The position numbers and the translations under genes are program-made. A DNA stretch of 59,252 nucleotides, counting the filler. It is 3 parts of 3 records of this genome, joined end to end, with 100 filler letters (N's around TTAATTAATTAA, not from the genome) between each part and the next. Parts side by side here need not be neighbours in the genome. Positions count along the whole stretch, not along the records: positions 39,178 to 59,252 come from SRR31156797_28682; 2 more parts are not named here. One strand, written 5' to 3'. The notes under the pieces are model-generated. The model had not been told where the DNA came from and searched no databases. It saw only the letters and a list, made by a program, of their open reading frames with translations. This document shows, one piece after another, positions 40,195-51,900 of this stretch. The number at the start of each line of letters is the position of its first letter. Position 1 is the first letter of the stretch.

Positions 40195-40227
40195 AAAAGA
40201 AAAAGAGTGACTAAAAAGCCACTCTTT
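40195..40227 (-). terminator. intrinsic terminator upstream of the groES promoter
   Basis: AAAGAGTG-N10-CACTCTTT inverted repeat, followed by a T-rich tail on the minus strand. Confidence 0.6.
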
Positions 40228-40397
40228 AAATTATATAATTATATGAAAATCTGAAGAAAGGGAGTCGTCAATAAATCTACCCGTTAGAAATGTTGAAAGC
40301 AACTATGAAAAGTTATCTTCTTCTGTTATTCCGCTATGAACAATTATGAAAAAGATGAAGCTCCGACTCCCTTTAAAGAACCTCGTCTGTAAACAGA

Positions 40398-41294
40398 CTA
40401 ATTATTTATTTTGCAATCGAAATTGCTTATTTTTTCAAAAAAATATGGACTATCAGGGCCCATTAAAATATCACCTTTGTCGTTGAATCCTAAATCCCAG
40501 CTTGTTAAGTGATCTGAATGTATCTTCGATACTGAAGTGATATATGATATGCCGGGAATACTTGCTTTACAATTGCATCCTTTTGTTTTGGCCTCAAAAA
40601 GGTTGTTTGATTCCTGATACGTAAATACAAGACCACAATCACTTTTCAGAATAATATTTTCATCAGTTAATACTTCAAATATTTGAGGATTTTGCCATCC
40701 ATACAGGTATAAACTATCGTTATGAATACTGTAAATTTCATCTCTAATTTGACCGTTAGCTTCAATCATATGATACAGTCGCTGTCTATAGGGGCTTGCA
40801 GTATCTGCTACATAAGCTTGTTCTACATAAATCCAGAAGCCATCACTGCGATTTTCCCATATTCTACACATTCGTAATCTTACATCAACATGGTACTTGT
40901 CACTGGATGTGTCAGCCTGGTTTTTTGAGCTGAAATATCCTGTCATCCAGTTAATTAATTTAGCCATTTTTGCTGATGGTATATATGCTTCAATTCTAAT
41001 CTCATTTTTGGCAACCAGTAAAGGCTCAGCATTGTTAGTTTGAACTGTTATTTCATGTTTGCCTTTACTTAGTGTAGAAATTGATATTTTATTGCCTTTA
41101 GCGATTTTCCCATCAATTGATGAGTACCATATTAATTCTGAAGCATTAGTAATGGTTCCATGGTTAGGTAATTCCATCCATATAGTATCGCCCTCCATTG
41201 CAGTTTCAGAGCTTATCTTAATGGTAAGGGGTAGCCCTCCCGCTTGTAGGATAAATGAAAACAATACAAATACAATGCTTGCGAGATACTTCAT
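40398..41294 (-). CDS. secreted CpcT/CpeT-family (chromophore lyase-like) protein with an N-terminal Ig/PKD-like module
   Basis: Signal peptide, a WYSSIDG...LSKGKHEITV module, then WMTGYFSSKNQA...WIYVEQA...PYRQRLY...SWDLG...PYFF, which is characteristic of CpcT/CpeT. Confidence 0.75.
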   Translation of the reverse strand: MKYLASIVFVLFSFILQAGGLPLTIKISSETAMEGDTIWMELPNHGTITNASELIWYSSIDGKIAKGNKISISTLSKGKHEITVQTNNAEPLLVAKNEIRIEAYIPSAKMAKLINWMTGYFSSKNQADTSSDKYHVDVRLRMCRIWENRSDGFWIYVEQAYVADTASPYRQRLYHMIEANGQIRDEIYSIHNDSLYLYGWQNPQIFEVLTDENIILKSDCGLVFTYQESNNLFEAKTKGCNCKASIPGISYITSVSKIHSDHLTSWDLGFNDKGDILMGPDSPYFFEKISNFDCKINN

Positions 41295-41444
41295 TTCCGA
41301 TCAATTTTACCACAAATTTACAGTGTGTTAGCCTTATGGCAATAATCTTTAACACTTATAGGTGGAAACACTCATGGAACATTTCAACAGAGAATAATTT
41401 ATTGATTTATAAAAAATTATGTATCTTAGAGGGATTGGTTTGGT

Positions 41445-43145
41445 ATGAGAAAGGTAAAAGTAGAATATAAGGTCGCAATCTACTATTTGCTTGTAGGTGC
41501 TATTTGGATATTGTTTTCAGATTTTTTTGTAAATCTGATCACCAATGATCCTGAATATATTCATGCGCTTCAAACTTATAAGGGTTGGTTTTTTGTTTTA
41601 GTTACAGCGTTAATATTTTTCTTCTATATCCAAAGAAAAACCAACAGAATCCGTCAAATTAATTCCGAACTCATGCAAAGTAAAAGTAAATACATGACTT
41701 TGTATGAGAAAGCTCCTGTGGCATTTTTTTCATTAAATGCTAATGGTGAAATTTTTGATGTCAATCCGGCTTGGCTCAAATTGTTGAAGCATAACAAAGA
41801 AGATGTAATAGGTGAGGCGTTTGTTGATTTTTTACATCCAGATTTTAAATCACACTTTGAACATGGTTTAGAATTACTTAAAAAGAATGAGGCAATTTCT
41901 GATTTGCGGTTGAGAATAAGAAAAAAGAATCTGGATTACATCATTGTTACAGTTGAGGGAAATATTCATTTTGACACAAATAAAGGTGAAATTTTATCTT
42001 ATTGTGCGATGAAAGATATTACAGCTGAAAGTGAGGCAAAAGTGCAGCTAGTTGAAAGGGAAAGTCGTTATAGAGCCATGTTTCACAAGAATATGTCAGT
42101 AATGTTAATTATTGATGGTGCAGGTAATATTCGAGAATCCAATAAAGCCGCTCAGTTTTTTTATGGCTATGATCAACAAGAACTGCACGCGTTGGATATG
42201 GATGTAATTGTTCACGATGGAGGAGACACACTATTAAAGATGCTAGAAAGTCTTAAATCAAACCATCAGGAAGTATTTGAACATCAACATCAACTTAGAT
42301 CAGGTGAAATTAAGGATGTGTTAATCTTTGCCAGCAAGATAATGTACAAGTCAGATGCTGCATATTATCTTATAATTCATGATATTACACCACGTAAAAA
42401 TGCTGAGAAAGAATTGAAAAAGGCCAAAGAGCAGGCTGAAGAAAACACTAATTTGATTAAAGCATTTCTGAATAATATCTCCCATGAACTAAGGACCCCA
42501 ATGAATTCAATTATGGGGTTTTCACAAATGCTAATCCGTCCCAATAAAGCAGAAGATAAAAAGAAAAAGTACATTCAACATATCAATGAAAGTTGTCATG
42601 TATTGCTTGATAAAATCACGGATACTATTGATATTTCACGAATAGAGAGCAATTACCAGGATTCATTTATTGATACTTTCGATTTGTCGTTTCTTATAAA
42701 TGAGGTATTGAAACCATATTATTCCAAAGTTAAAGAGCTGCAAAACAAAATAGTAGTGATAGATCAACTTGATGAGGAGCATAAGCAAATTAAAAGCGAT
42801 AAATATAAAGTCAGACGGATAGTTAAACATTTATTGGACAATGCTACCAAGAACACTAAAAACGGCATAATTCAAATTAAGATTTTCTTTGATGATTTGC
42901 GTGACATGTATCTATTAGAGGTATCTGATTCAGGTATTGGAGTTGATGAGCACATGCAGACGAAAATATTTGAGCCCTATGTGCAGGTAAAACGTTCTCC
43001 GAAAGAACTAGCTGAAGGAAACGGGATTGGCCTAACCATTGTTAAATCGTTTGCAGAGCAGATTGGTGGGCAAGTTTCATTTAGGTCTGCTCCACAAAAG
43101 GGAACAAAAGTTACAGTATTAATTCCTCCTATGGAGAAATCTTAA
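41445..43145 (+). CDS. PAS-domain sensor histidine kinase (orphan)
   Basis: Two N-terminal TMs, two PAS domains, H-box SHELRTPMN, DSGIG and GIGL. Confidence 0.9.
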   Translation: MRKVKVEYKVAIYYLLVGAIWILFSDFFVNLITNDPEYIHALQTYKGWFFVLVTALIFFFYIQRKTNRIRQINSELMQSKSKYMTLYEKAPVAFFSLNANGEIFDVNPAWLKLLKHNKEDVIGEAFVDFLHPDFKSHFEHGLELLKKNEAISDLRLRIRKKNLDYIIVTVEGNIHFDTNKGEILSYCAMKDITAESEAKVQLVERESRYRAMFHKNMSVMLIIDGAGNIRESNKAAQFFYGYDQQELHALDMDVIVHDGGDTLLKMLESLKSNHQEVFEHQHQLRSGEIKDVLIFASKIMYKSDAAYYLIIHDITPRKNAEKELKKAKEQAEENTNLIKAFLNNISHELRTPMNSIMGFSQMLIRPNKAEDKKKKYIQHINESCHVLLDKITDTIDISRIESNYQDSFIDTFDLSFLINEVLKPYYSKVKELQNKIVVIDQLDEEHKQIKSDKYKVRRIVKHLLDNATKNTKNGIIQIKIFFDDLRDMYLLEVSDSGIGVDEHMQTKIFEPYVQVKRSPKELAEGNGIGLTIVKSFAEQIGGQVSFRSAPQKGTKVTVLIPPMEKS

Positions 43146-43245
43146 TAAATTTATCAACCTTCAATATATTCCATATTTCAAGGCTTTTCATGTATTATAA
43201 TTACTGCTGTTGATAACTTGGGTTTAGATGGCGTGGATAAATATA

Positions 43246-43253
43246 TATATTTG
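43246..43253 (+). promoter_or_regulatory. Bacteroidota -7 promoter element of parE
   Basis: TATATTTG matches the TAnnTTTG consensus, 17 nt before the ATG. Confidence 0.6.
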
Positions 43254-43270
43254 CGAAAATTCGTGGAATC

Positions 43271-45112
43271 ATGGTGGCAAATTATTCAGAGGAGCATATT
43301 AAGACGCTCGATTGGAAAGAACACATCAGAACACGGCCCGGTATGTACATTGGAAAACTTGGCGATGGGTCTGCATCTGATGATGGTGTTTATATATTGA
43401 TCAAGGAGGTTATTGATAACTCCATTGATGAGTATATGATGGGTTTTGGAAAAGAAATTGTAGTTGAAATTGAAGAACGAAAAGTACGAATACGAGACTA
43501 TGGTCGGGGTATTCCTTTAGGGAAAGTAAAAGATGTTTCATCTAAAATGAATACCGGCGCAAAATATGACAGTGAAGTTTTTCAGAAATCAGTTGGTTTA
43601 AATGGTGTTGGTATAAAGGCTGTGAATGCACTTTCACACAAGTTTATTATTACATCATATCGTGAGGGGGAGAAGAAATTAATTGAATACTCAGCAGGTG
43701 AGGTGGTTAACGAAAGTGATAATCAACCTACCGATGAAAAAAATGGTGTTGAAGTTGTATTTTATGCTGATGAGGAGCTTTTTGGAGAATATAAATTCAA
43801 TGAAGATTATATTGAGAAACTTCTCAAGAACTATATCTATTTGAATGCCGGCCTAATTGTTAAGTACAACGGGGAAAAGATGGTCTCTAAAAATGGTTTA
43901 GTAGATCTTTTGGAAGATAATCTAAACTCTCAGGGACAATATCCAATTGTACATTTCAAGGAAAAAGATATTGAACTGGCTTTTACACATGGTCGCCAAT
44001 ATGGTGAGGAATATCACAGTTATGTGAATGGTCAGCATACCACAATGGGTGGTACTCACTTAGCTGCCTTTAAAGAGGCATTTGTGAAAACTGTTCGGGA
44101 TTTCTATGGTAAAGACTTCGATCCTCAAGATGTTCGTGCATCTATTATTGCTGCCTTTGCTGTGAAGGTTCAAGATCCGGTTTTCGAGTCACAAACCAAA
44201 ACCAAACTTGGGTCAAAGGATATGGAACCTGAAGGACGAACAATTCGTCAGGCTGTATTGGATTTTGTGAAAACCAATCTGGATAACTTCTTGCATAAAA
44301 ATCCTGAGACAGCTGAGCTACTTTTGCAGCGCATTATTGAGTCTGAGAAAGAGCGCAAAGCCATGTCAGGTATTAAGAAACTGGCGCGAGAGAGGTCTAA
44401 AAAAGCTAGTTTGCATAATCGTAAATTACGCGATTGCCGTGTACATTACAATACAAAGCATGAGAAAAAGCTTGAGGCCTCTATATTCATAACTGAGGGT
44501 GACTCTGCCAGTGGTTCTATTACCAAATCACGTGATGTGAATACACAAGCTGTTTTTAGTCTTAAAGGTAAACCTAAGAATACTTTTGGGTTAACCAAAA
44601 AGGTAGTTTACGAAAACGAAGAGTTTAATTTGCTACAAGCAGCTTTGAATATTGAGGAAGGAATTGAAAACTTACGATACAACAAAGTAATAATAGCTAC
44701 CGATGCCGATGTAGATGGAATGCATATTCGTCTGCTTCTAATTACTTTCTTCTTGCAGTTTTTTCCTGATCTAATTAAAAATGGGCATTTGTTCTTATTA
44801 CAAACACCATTGTTCAGGGTGCGTAATAAAAAGGAGACGATCTATTGCTACAACGATGATGAAAAGCAAAAAGCCATTGATAAGTTAAGAGGTAAGCCTG
44901 AAATTACACGATTCAAAGGATTAGGTGAGATTTCTCCTGATGAATTTAAAGTATTTATCGGTAAAAAAATCAGGCTGGAACCGGTTACATTGAAAAAGGG
45001 TGATCGCATTAATGCATTGCTAGAGTTTTATATGGGTAAAAATACGCCTGAGCGTCAAGATTTTATTATAAATAACCTGAAAATAGAAGAGGTATTGGAA
45101 GAGCCGATTTAG
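43271..45112 (+). CDS. parE: DNA topoisomerase IV subunit B
   Basis: [16 protein letters not shown] ATPase and TOPRIM ([15 protein letters not shown]). Short Bacteroidota ParE type with GLNGVG and FSLKGKP. Confidence 0.9.
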   Translation: MVANYSEEHIKTLDWKEHIRTRPGMYIGKLGDGSASDDGVYILIKEVIDNSIDEYMMGFGKEIVVEIEERKVRIRDYGRGIPLGKVKDVSSKMNTGAKYDSEVFQKSVGLNGVGIKAVNALSHKFIITSYREGEKKLIEYSAGEVVNESDNQPTDEKNGVEVVFYADEELFGEYKFNEDYIEKLLKNYIYLNAGLIVKYNGEKMVSKNGLVDLLEDNLNSQGQYPIVHFKEKDIELAFTHGRQYGEEYHSYVNGQHTTMGGTHLAAFKEAFVKTVRDFYGKDFDPQDVRASIIAAFAVKVQDPVFESQTKTKLGSKDMEPEGRTIRQAVLDFVKTNLDNFLHKNPETAELLLQRIIESEKERKAMSGIKKLARERSKKASLHNRKLRDCRVHYNTKHEKKLEASIFITEGDSASGSITKSRDVNTQAVFSLKGKPKNTFGLTKKVVYENEEFNLLQAALNIEEGIENLRYNKVIIATDADVDGMHIRLLLITFFLQFFPDLIKNGHLFLLQTPLFRVRNKKETIYCYNDDEKQKAIDKLRGKPEITRFKGLGEISPDEFKVFIGKKIRLEPVTLKKGDRINALLEFYMGKNTPERQDFIINNLKIEEVLEEPI

Positions 45113-45123
45113 GGAGATAGATT

Positions 45124-45684
45124 ATGAATACCATTGGAATTGTAGATATTGAAACCACAGGTTTTCTGAATCAGGGTGGTAAAATAGTAGAGATTGGAAT
45201 CGTAGAGTTGGATATAACAAACGGACAAAAACGAGTGCTTTTTGATAGTGTTGTAAAAGAAGAAGGTATGAGTGAGTTGCATACTATGCATCCAATGGGA
45301 TGGATTTTTCAGAATAGCGACTTAACTTATGATGAGGTTGTGAAGGCACCAAGTCTTGAAGATGTAAAAGAAGAGATTCAGGGTGTTTTCGATTCGTTTT
45401 TTACCGGAATAACGGCATTTAATAAAGCTTTTGATTTTGGATTTTTAAAGTCTCGTGGATTTCGAATTGCAGAATTACCATGTATTATGCAAACTGCAAC
45501 ACCGGTGCTTAATTTACCATCAAAAGGTAATTACCGAGGACCAAAATATCCAAACGTTGAAGAAGCTTATCACTTTTTAACCGGTGATAAAGCATTTATT
45601 GAAAGTCACAGAGCTGCCGATGATGCTATGCATGAGGCAGATATTGCATATGAACTTTATAAAAGAGGTGATTTTAGATTTTAA
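45124..45684 (+). CDS. DEDDh 3'-5' exonuclease (DnaQ-like)
   Basis: ExoI VDIETTG, ExoII FNKAFDFGFL and ExoIII HRAADDA. Confidence 0.88.
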   Translation: MNTIGIVDIETTGFLNQGGKIVEIGIVELDITNGQKRVLFDSVVKEEGMSELHTMHPMGWIFQNSDLTYDEVVKAPSLEDVKEEIQGVFDSFFTGITAFNKAFDFGFLKSRGFRIAELPCIMQTATPVLNLPSKGNYRGPKYPNVEEAYHFLTGDKAFIESHRAADDAMHEADIAYELYKRGDFRF

Positions 45685-45693
45685 AGAGCAAAA

Positions 45694-48309
45694 ATGACTA
45701 TGGACGAGAATATTCCTTCAAATGGAGAGGGCCAACATAATGATTTGCCACAAGATGGATTAGCTGCGACTAAGCTTACCGGAATGTATGAAGAGTGGTT
45801 TTTGGACTATGCTTCATACGTTATTCTGGAAAGGGCAGTGCCACATTTACATGATGGATTGAAGCCGGTACAAAGACGTATCTTACACAGTATGCGTCGT
45901 ATGGAAGATGGTCGCTACAATAAAGTAGCTAATATCATCGGTAATACCATGCAATTTCACCCACATGGTGATGCCTCTATTGGTGATGCTTTGGTGCAAT
46001 TAGGTCAAAAAGATTTATTGATTGATACGCAAGGTAACTGGGGTAATACATTAACCGGTGATCGTGCTGCTGCTCCTCGTTATATTGAAGCCCGATTGAG
46101 CAAGTTTGCGCTAGATGTGGTTTTTAATCCCAAAACTACTGAGTGGAAACCTTCATATGATGGAAGAAATGACGAACCTATTACGCTTCCTGTGAAGTTT
46201 CCTCTTTTACTGATGCAAGGAGTTGAAGGTATTGCTGTGGGCTTAGCGTCCAAAATATTACCTCATAACTTTAATGAACTAATTGATGCCTCTGTTGATT
46301 ATTTGAAAGGAAAAGAATTTACATTATATCCGGATTTTCCAACCGGAGGATTAATTGAAGTTTCAAAATATAATAATGGATTGCGTGGTGGTAATGTAAG
46401 AGTGAGAGCCAGAATTACAAAAGAAGATGATAACAAGACACTCCGAATTACAGATATCCCATTTGGAAGAACTACTGAAGCGGTAATTGATACAATACTC
46501 AAGGCCAACGAAAAAGGTAAGATTAAGGTTAAGAAAATTGATGATAATACAGCTGAAAATGTAGAGATTTTGGTGCATTTAATGGCCAATACTTCGCCGG
46601 ATAAAACCATCGATGCCTTGTATGCATTTACGGATTGTGAAATATCTATTTCTCCAAACTCTACAGTTATTGATGATGATAGACCACGTTTTATGTCTGT
46701 GGAAGACCTCTTGAAATCATCAACAGATCGGAGCCTGGAGCTTCTCAAACTTGAACTTCAAATTAAGCTAAACGAGCTTAATGAATCATGGCACATGTCA
46801 TCTTTGGAGAAAATATTCATTGAAAATAGACTGTATTTGCTTATTGAAGAGTGCGAAACATGGGAAGCTATAATTCAGACAATTGATAAAGGTCTTGAGC
46901 CATTTAAAAAGCTTTTAAAACGAGAAGTTACAGAAGAAGATATTACAAAACTTACAGAGATTAAGATTAAGCGAATTTCTAAGTTTGATAGTTTCAAAGC
47001 CGATGAGCAAATCAAAAGCCTGGAAGATCAGATTAAGGAGACTAAAGGTCACTTAAATAATATTGTGAATTATACCATTGATTTCTATAAAGAGATTAAA
47101 AAGAAATATGGTAAGGGTAGAGAACGTAAATCTGAAATCAGAAGCTTTGAAAATATTGATGCTGCAAAAGTAGTTGTTGCTAATGAAAAGTTGTATGCAA
47201 ACTATGCTGAAGGATTTGTAGGTACGGGTCTGAAGAAAGAGGAATATGTTTGTGACTGTTCAGATATTGATGATATTATTGTATTCCTGAGAGATGGCAA
47301 GTATATGGTTTCAAAAGTATCCAGCAAAGCCTTCTTTGGAAAAGATATTATCTATGCAGCTGTATGGAAAAAGAATGATAACAGAACCATTTATAATGCC
47401 GTTTATCGCGATGGTAAAAGTGGTCGTACTTTAATTAAACGATTTGCAGTAAATAGTATCACGCGCGATCGGGAGTATGATGTTACAAAAGGTTCGCCAC
47501 ATTCAAAAGTATTGTATTTTAGTGCCAACCCAAATGGTGAGGCAGAAATACTCAAAGTTTACTTAAAGCCAAAACCCCGAATTAAGAAACTAATTTTTGA
47601 GACAGATTTTAGTGAGATAGCCATTAAGGGTCGTCAGAGTATGGGTAACATACTTACAAAACACGATGTACATAAAATCGTAATGAAGGAAAAAGGAACT
47701 TCAACACTTGGCGGTCGTAAAATATGGTTTGATAAATCGATCCATCGACTAAACACAGATGGAAATGGTGACTATATAGGTGAGTTTAAAGGCGATGATA
47801 AAATTGTAGTGCTTTATAAAAGTGGATCTTTTGGTACCACTGGATATGATCTGACAAACCATTACGATGAAGATTTAATATTGATCGAAAAAATGATTCC
47901 CGGAAAAGTATATACTGTGGTTCATTATGATGGAGAACAAAAGTATTTTTATCTGAAACGTTTTGAAGCAGAGGATACTGGAGGTAAAGCAGTATCATTA
48001 ATTGGTGAGCATAAAAACTCTAAAATGGTTACATTCTCTACATACCAATATCCGCAGTTCAATATAATTTTCGGTGGAAAACATGAGAACCGGGTCGATG
48101 AATTAGTTGATGCTGAGCAGTTTATTTCTGTTAAAGGTATAAAAGCCAGAGGTAAAAGGTTAACTACATTTGATGTTAAAAAGATAAAAGAAGCAGAACC
48201 CGTAAGGCCTGATGATCAGCCAATTGATTTTGAGGAGCAGGATATTATGGATGCTGAGGATGGAGATGAAAATGATGATGCACAACAAATGTCAATAAAT
48301 ATGGAGTAA
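45694..48309 (+). CDS. parC: DNA topoisomerase IV subunit A
   Basis: DGLKPVQRR, HPHGDAS and the catalytic AAPRYIEARL; in an operon with parE. Confidence 0.9.
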   Translation: MTMDENIPSNGEGQHNDLPQDGLAATKLTGMYEEWFLDYASYVILERAVPHLHDGLKPVQRRILHSMRRMEDGRYNKVANIIGNTMQFHPHGDASIGDALVQLGQKDLLIDTQGNWGNTLTGDRAAAPRYIEARLSKFALDVVFNPKTTEWKPSYDGRNDEPITLPVKFPLLLMQGVEGIAVGLASKILPHNFNELIDASVDYLKGKEFTLYPDFPTGGLIEVSKYNNGLRGGNVRVRARITKEDDNKTLRITDIPFGRTTEAVIDTILKANEKGKIKVKKIDDNTAENVEILVHLMANTSPDKTIDALYAFTDCEISISPNSTVIDDDRPRFMSVEDLLKSSTDRSLELLKLELQIKLNELNESWHMSSLEKIFIENRLYLLIEECETWEAIIQTIDKGLEPFKKLLKREVTEEDITKLTEIKIKRISKFDSFKADEQIKSLEDQIKETKGHLNNIVNYTIDFYKEIKKKYGKGRERKSEIRSFENIDAAKVVVANEKLYANYAEGFVGTGLKKEEYVCDCSDIDDIIVFLRDGKYMVSKVSSKAFFGKDIIYAAVWKKNDNRTIYNAVYRDGKSGRTLIKRFAVNSITRDREYDVTKGSPHSKVLYFSANPNGEAEILKVYLKPKPRIKKLIFETDFSEIAIKGRQSMGNILTKHDVHKIVMKEKGTSTLGGRKIWFDKSIHRLNTDGNGDYIGEFKGDDKIVVLYKSGSFGTTGYDLTNHYDEDLILIEKMIPGKVYTVVHYDGEQKYFYLKRFEAEDTGGKAVSLIGEHKNSKMVTFSTYQYPQFNIIFGGKHENRVDELVDAEQFISVKGIKARGKRLTTFDVKKIKEAEPVRPDDQPIDFEEQDIMDAEDGDENDDAQQMSINME

Positions 48310-48310
48310 A

Positions 48311-48823
48311 ATGCGTGTATACCTGGTCGGATTTATGAGTGCCGGAAAAACAACTATTGGATACCAGTTATCTAAGGCACTTAGTATGCCGTTTATTGAT
48401 CTTGACCAGTTTATTACCAATAAACATAAGCAATCTGTTCAGGAGATCTTTGACCAATTTGGGGAAGATCGTTTTCGCGAACTCGAAAGAGATGCTTTAC
48501 ACGAATCCTATAACTTTCCTAATGCTGTTATATCAACCGGTGGCGGTACACCATGTTTCTTCAATAATATTGATCAAATGAATAATAACGGGATGACATT
48601 CTATCTGAAGCTTCCCCAGGAAGTTATCCTATCCCGTCTTCAAAAGTCAATGCGCGAAAGACCTCTTGTGAAAAATAAAACTGAAGAGGAATTAAAGCAG
48701 GTGATTAAGGAATTATTTGAATCCCGCCGTAAGTTCTACGAAAAAGCCCACTATGCTGTGGATGCTTCAAATAAAAATGCACTGCATTATATTACCAGAA
48801 TTTTATCAGGTTATATGCATTAA
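48311..48823 (+). CDS. aroK: shikimate kinase
   Basis: GFMSAGKTT, FIDLD, GEDRFRELE, STGGGTPC and RPL. Confidence 0.93.
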   Translation: MRVYLVGFMSAGKTTIGYQLSKALSMPFIDLDQFITNKHKQSVQEIFDQFGEDRFRELERDALHESYNFPNAVISTGGGTPCFFNNIDQMNNNGMTFYLKLPQEVILSRLQKSMRERPLVKNKTEEELKQVIKELFESRRKFYEKAHYAVDASNKNALHYITRILSGYMH

Positions 48824-48975
48824 ATATCAATCTTTTAAATCCTTTTACCTAAATCTCAACAAAATATCATAACCTAACGTTTTAATTAACGTAAGACTTT
48901 TCATGAAGAATCCGCTATGAGCAAAAACACTAAAATTTTTGTTCAATTTTTTGAAATAAACCTAAATACCAGAAT

Positions 48976-51900
48976 ATGAGATTACGTATTATCTTATTTT
49001 TTGTGTTATTATTTTTTGTAACACAAATAATTGTTGCTCAAACGAAAGCCACAAAAGAGGCTATATTAAAAGCTACCAATGTGGAAAGACTGCTTGAAAC
49101 CAGTAAGAGTTTGAAAGCTGAGCGTGAAGCCAACAGAGCCAGGGCTTTGGAAATGGCTGATGAAAAAGGTTGGATTATCAGAAAAGAAACTGATAAGATG
49201 ATCATGGAACTGCAGGGTGTTACCGAAGATGGTCGACCTATGTATTATGTGACGCATAATGCTGATGCAGCAGAATCTATTTCAACGGATGATGTGAATC
49301 CTGGTGGAGCAGCCGGGCTAAATCTTGATGGTACCGGAATGATTGTAGGAGAATGGGATGGAGGAGATGTACGCGCTACACACCAGGAGTTTAATAATAC
49401 CGGTTCATCACGTGTTATAGATAAGGATGGAAACGGAACGTTAAGTAGCCATGCTACTCATGTGGCAGGAACTATAGTGGCAGGTGGAGTAGTTTCATCA
49501 GCCAAAGGGATGGCACCAAATGCCACTTTGCATGCCTACGATTGGACCAATGATGAAAGTGAAATGGCTGCCGCAGCCGCTGATGGCTTATTAATGTCAA
49601 ATCATTCATATGGTTTTGCAGCTGGTTGGAGTTGGAATGGCTCTTCATGGGAATGGGTTGGAAATACCTCTATTAGCACAGAAGAAGATTACCGTTTTGG
49701 ATTTTATGGTTTTTATTGTGTTGAAATAGATGAGATCGCACTTGATGCTCCTTATTATTTAATTGTGAAATCAGCAGGTAATGACCGGGGAGATGGTGAA
49801 GGAGAACCTGGTCATCCAATGGATGGAGGGGCAGATGGATTTGATTGTATTAGCTACAAAGGTAATGCAAAGAATATTTTAACTGTCGGAGCTACTATGG
49901 ACGTCAATGGTGGCTACACAGGCGATCCTAATGATGTACAAATGTCTAGCTTTTCAAGCTGGGGACCTGCTGATGACGGACGTATTAAACCAGATATTTC
50001 AGCAAATGGTGTTACACTGTATTCAAGTGAAGAAGCTTCAGATAATGATTATGGATCAAAAAGTGGAACTTCCATGTCATCGCCAAGCGTAACAGGTTCT
50101 ATGACTTTATTGCAACAGCACTACCAGGAATTATACGGAGCTGTAATGAAAGCTGCTACATTGAAAGCACTTGTTATTCATACAGCAGATGAAGCCGGGC
50201 CAAATGATGGACCAGATTATATGTTTGGATGGGGTTTGATGAACACCCGCACAGCAGCAGAAGTTATTAGTGGAAAAGGCCAATCGACATACATTAACGA
50301 AGAAATTTTAAGTGATGGAGGTACCTATACCTTGGAAGTTACAGCCTCCGGAAATGCACCATTAGTGGCAACTATAGTTTGGGCTGATCCCGCCGGGACG
50401 CCTGCGCCAGCGCAACTTGACCCCACAGACATTATGTTAGTGAACGATTTGGATATGAATATTACTGATGGATCAACTACATATTTCCCATGGATGTTGG
50501 ATGGTCAAAATCCGGCTAACGCAGCTACAACAGGTGATAATAATGTTGATAATGTAGAAAAGGTATTCATTGCAAATCCTACGGCTGGTTCATATACCAT
50601 TACAATTGATCATGATGGAAGTATTACAGATGGACCACAAGCTTTTTCATTAATTGTAAGTGGAGTTGAAGCAGGACAGTTTACTTCACCAACAAATCTT
50701 GAGGCTTCTGTTACGGGAACAACCGTAGATTTAATTTGGACAAAACCAATCGAAGTCACTCCATCAAGTGATTTGCTAGACGATGGATTTGAATCTTATA
50801 CTGATTTTTCACTGGATTTTGCGCCATGGACACAGGTTGATAATGATGGTGGTGAAACTTGGGGATCAGATAGTTTTGATTTTACAAACGAAGGATATAC
50901 AGGATCCTTTATTGTTTTTAATCCAAATTCAACAAATCCACCAAATCCAACAGGTTGGGATGCGCATAGCGGAAATAAATATGCAGCTTGCTTTAATGCT
51001 GTCACAGCTTCTGCACCAAATGATGATTGGCTTATATCTCCGCAATTAACTATTGATGGAAGTTATACCCTTTCTTTCTGGGCTAAATCAATTACTGATC
51101 AATATGGTTTAGAAAGAATGAAAGTTGGTATTTCAACTACTGGAAATAGTACAGGAGACTTTTCTATTGTATCAACAGGTTCATATGAAGAAGTCCCAAC
51201 TGCGTGGACTCAGTATACATATGATTTATCTGGTTATGATGGAGAGGATATTTATTTTGCCATTAATTGTGTGTCAAATGATGCCTTTGCATTATTTATT
51301 GACGATGTGTTGGTAACTGATGCTAAAGGAAATATTGTATATGGTAATTCATTTGAGGATGATGATATTAAGGTTGTTGCACAACGTGATAAAGTAGAAT
51401 GGAATAGAGATGAAAATACTGTTTTTAAATCATTGACTGGTCCAGCATCAACTAAAGCAACCTTGAGTGGCTATAAAATATACCGAACCGGTGTGTCTGA
51501 TGCTGTTTATACCATTAACAGTTTAGAAGATACTACCTATACCGATTCTAATCTGGAACCGGGAAATTATAGTTACTATGTAAAGGCAACTTATACTGCG
51601 CCTAATGGAGAATCAGCAGCTTCTAATACTGAGAATATCACAATTGAATTTCCACCAGTTGCATCAGCACAGGTAACATTAAGTTGCTCTGAAGATGATG
51701 GTGATGTGAAAGTGCTTTCTAATAGATCAGGCACACAAACATTCTATCTAATGGATGATGATGGAAATGAGTTAGATAGCTGGACTGGAAATGCCACTTC
51801 TTACACATTTACATCATTGAACAATGGTTTGTATCGAGGTCAGGTTGAAAAAGATGGAGCTATGTCTAATCTTTCTGGTTCCGTTACAGTATATACACTG

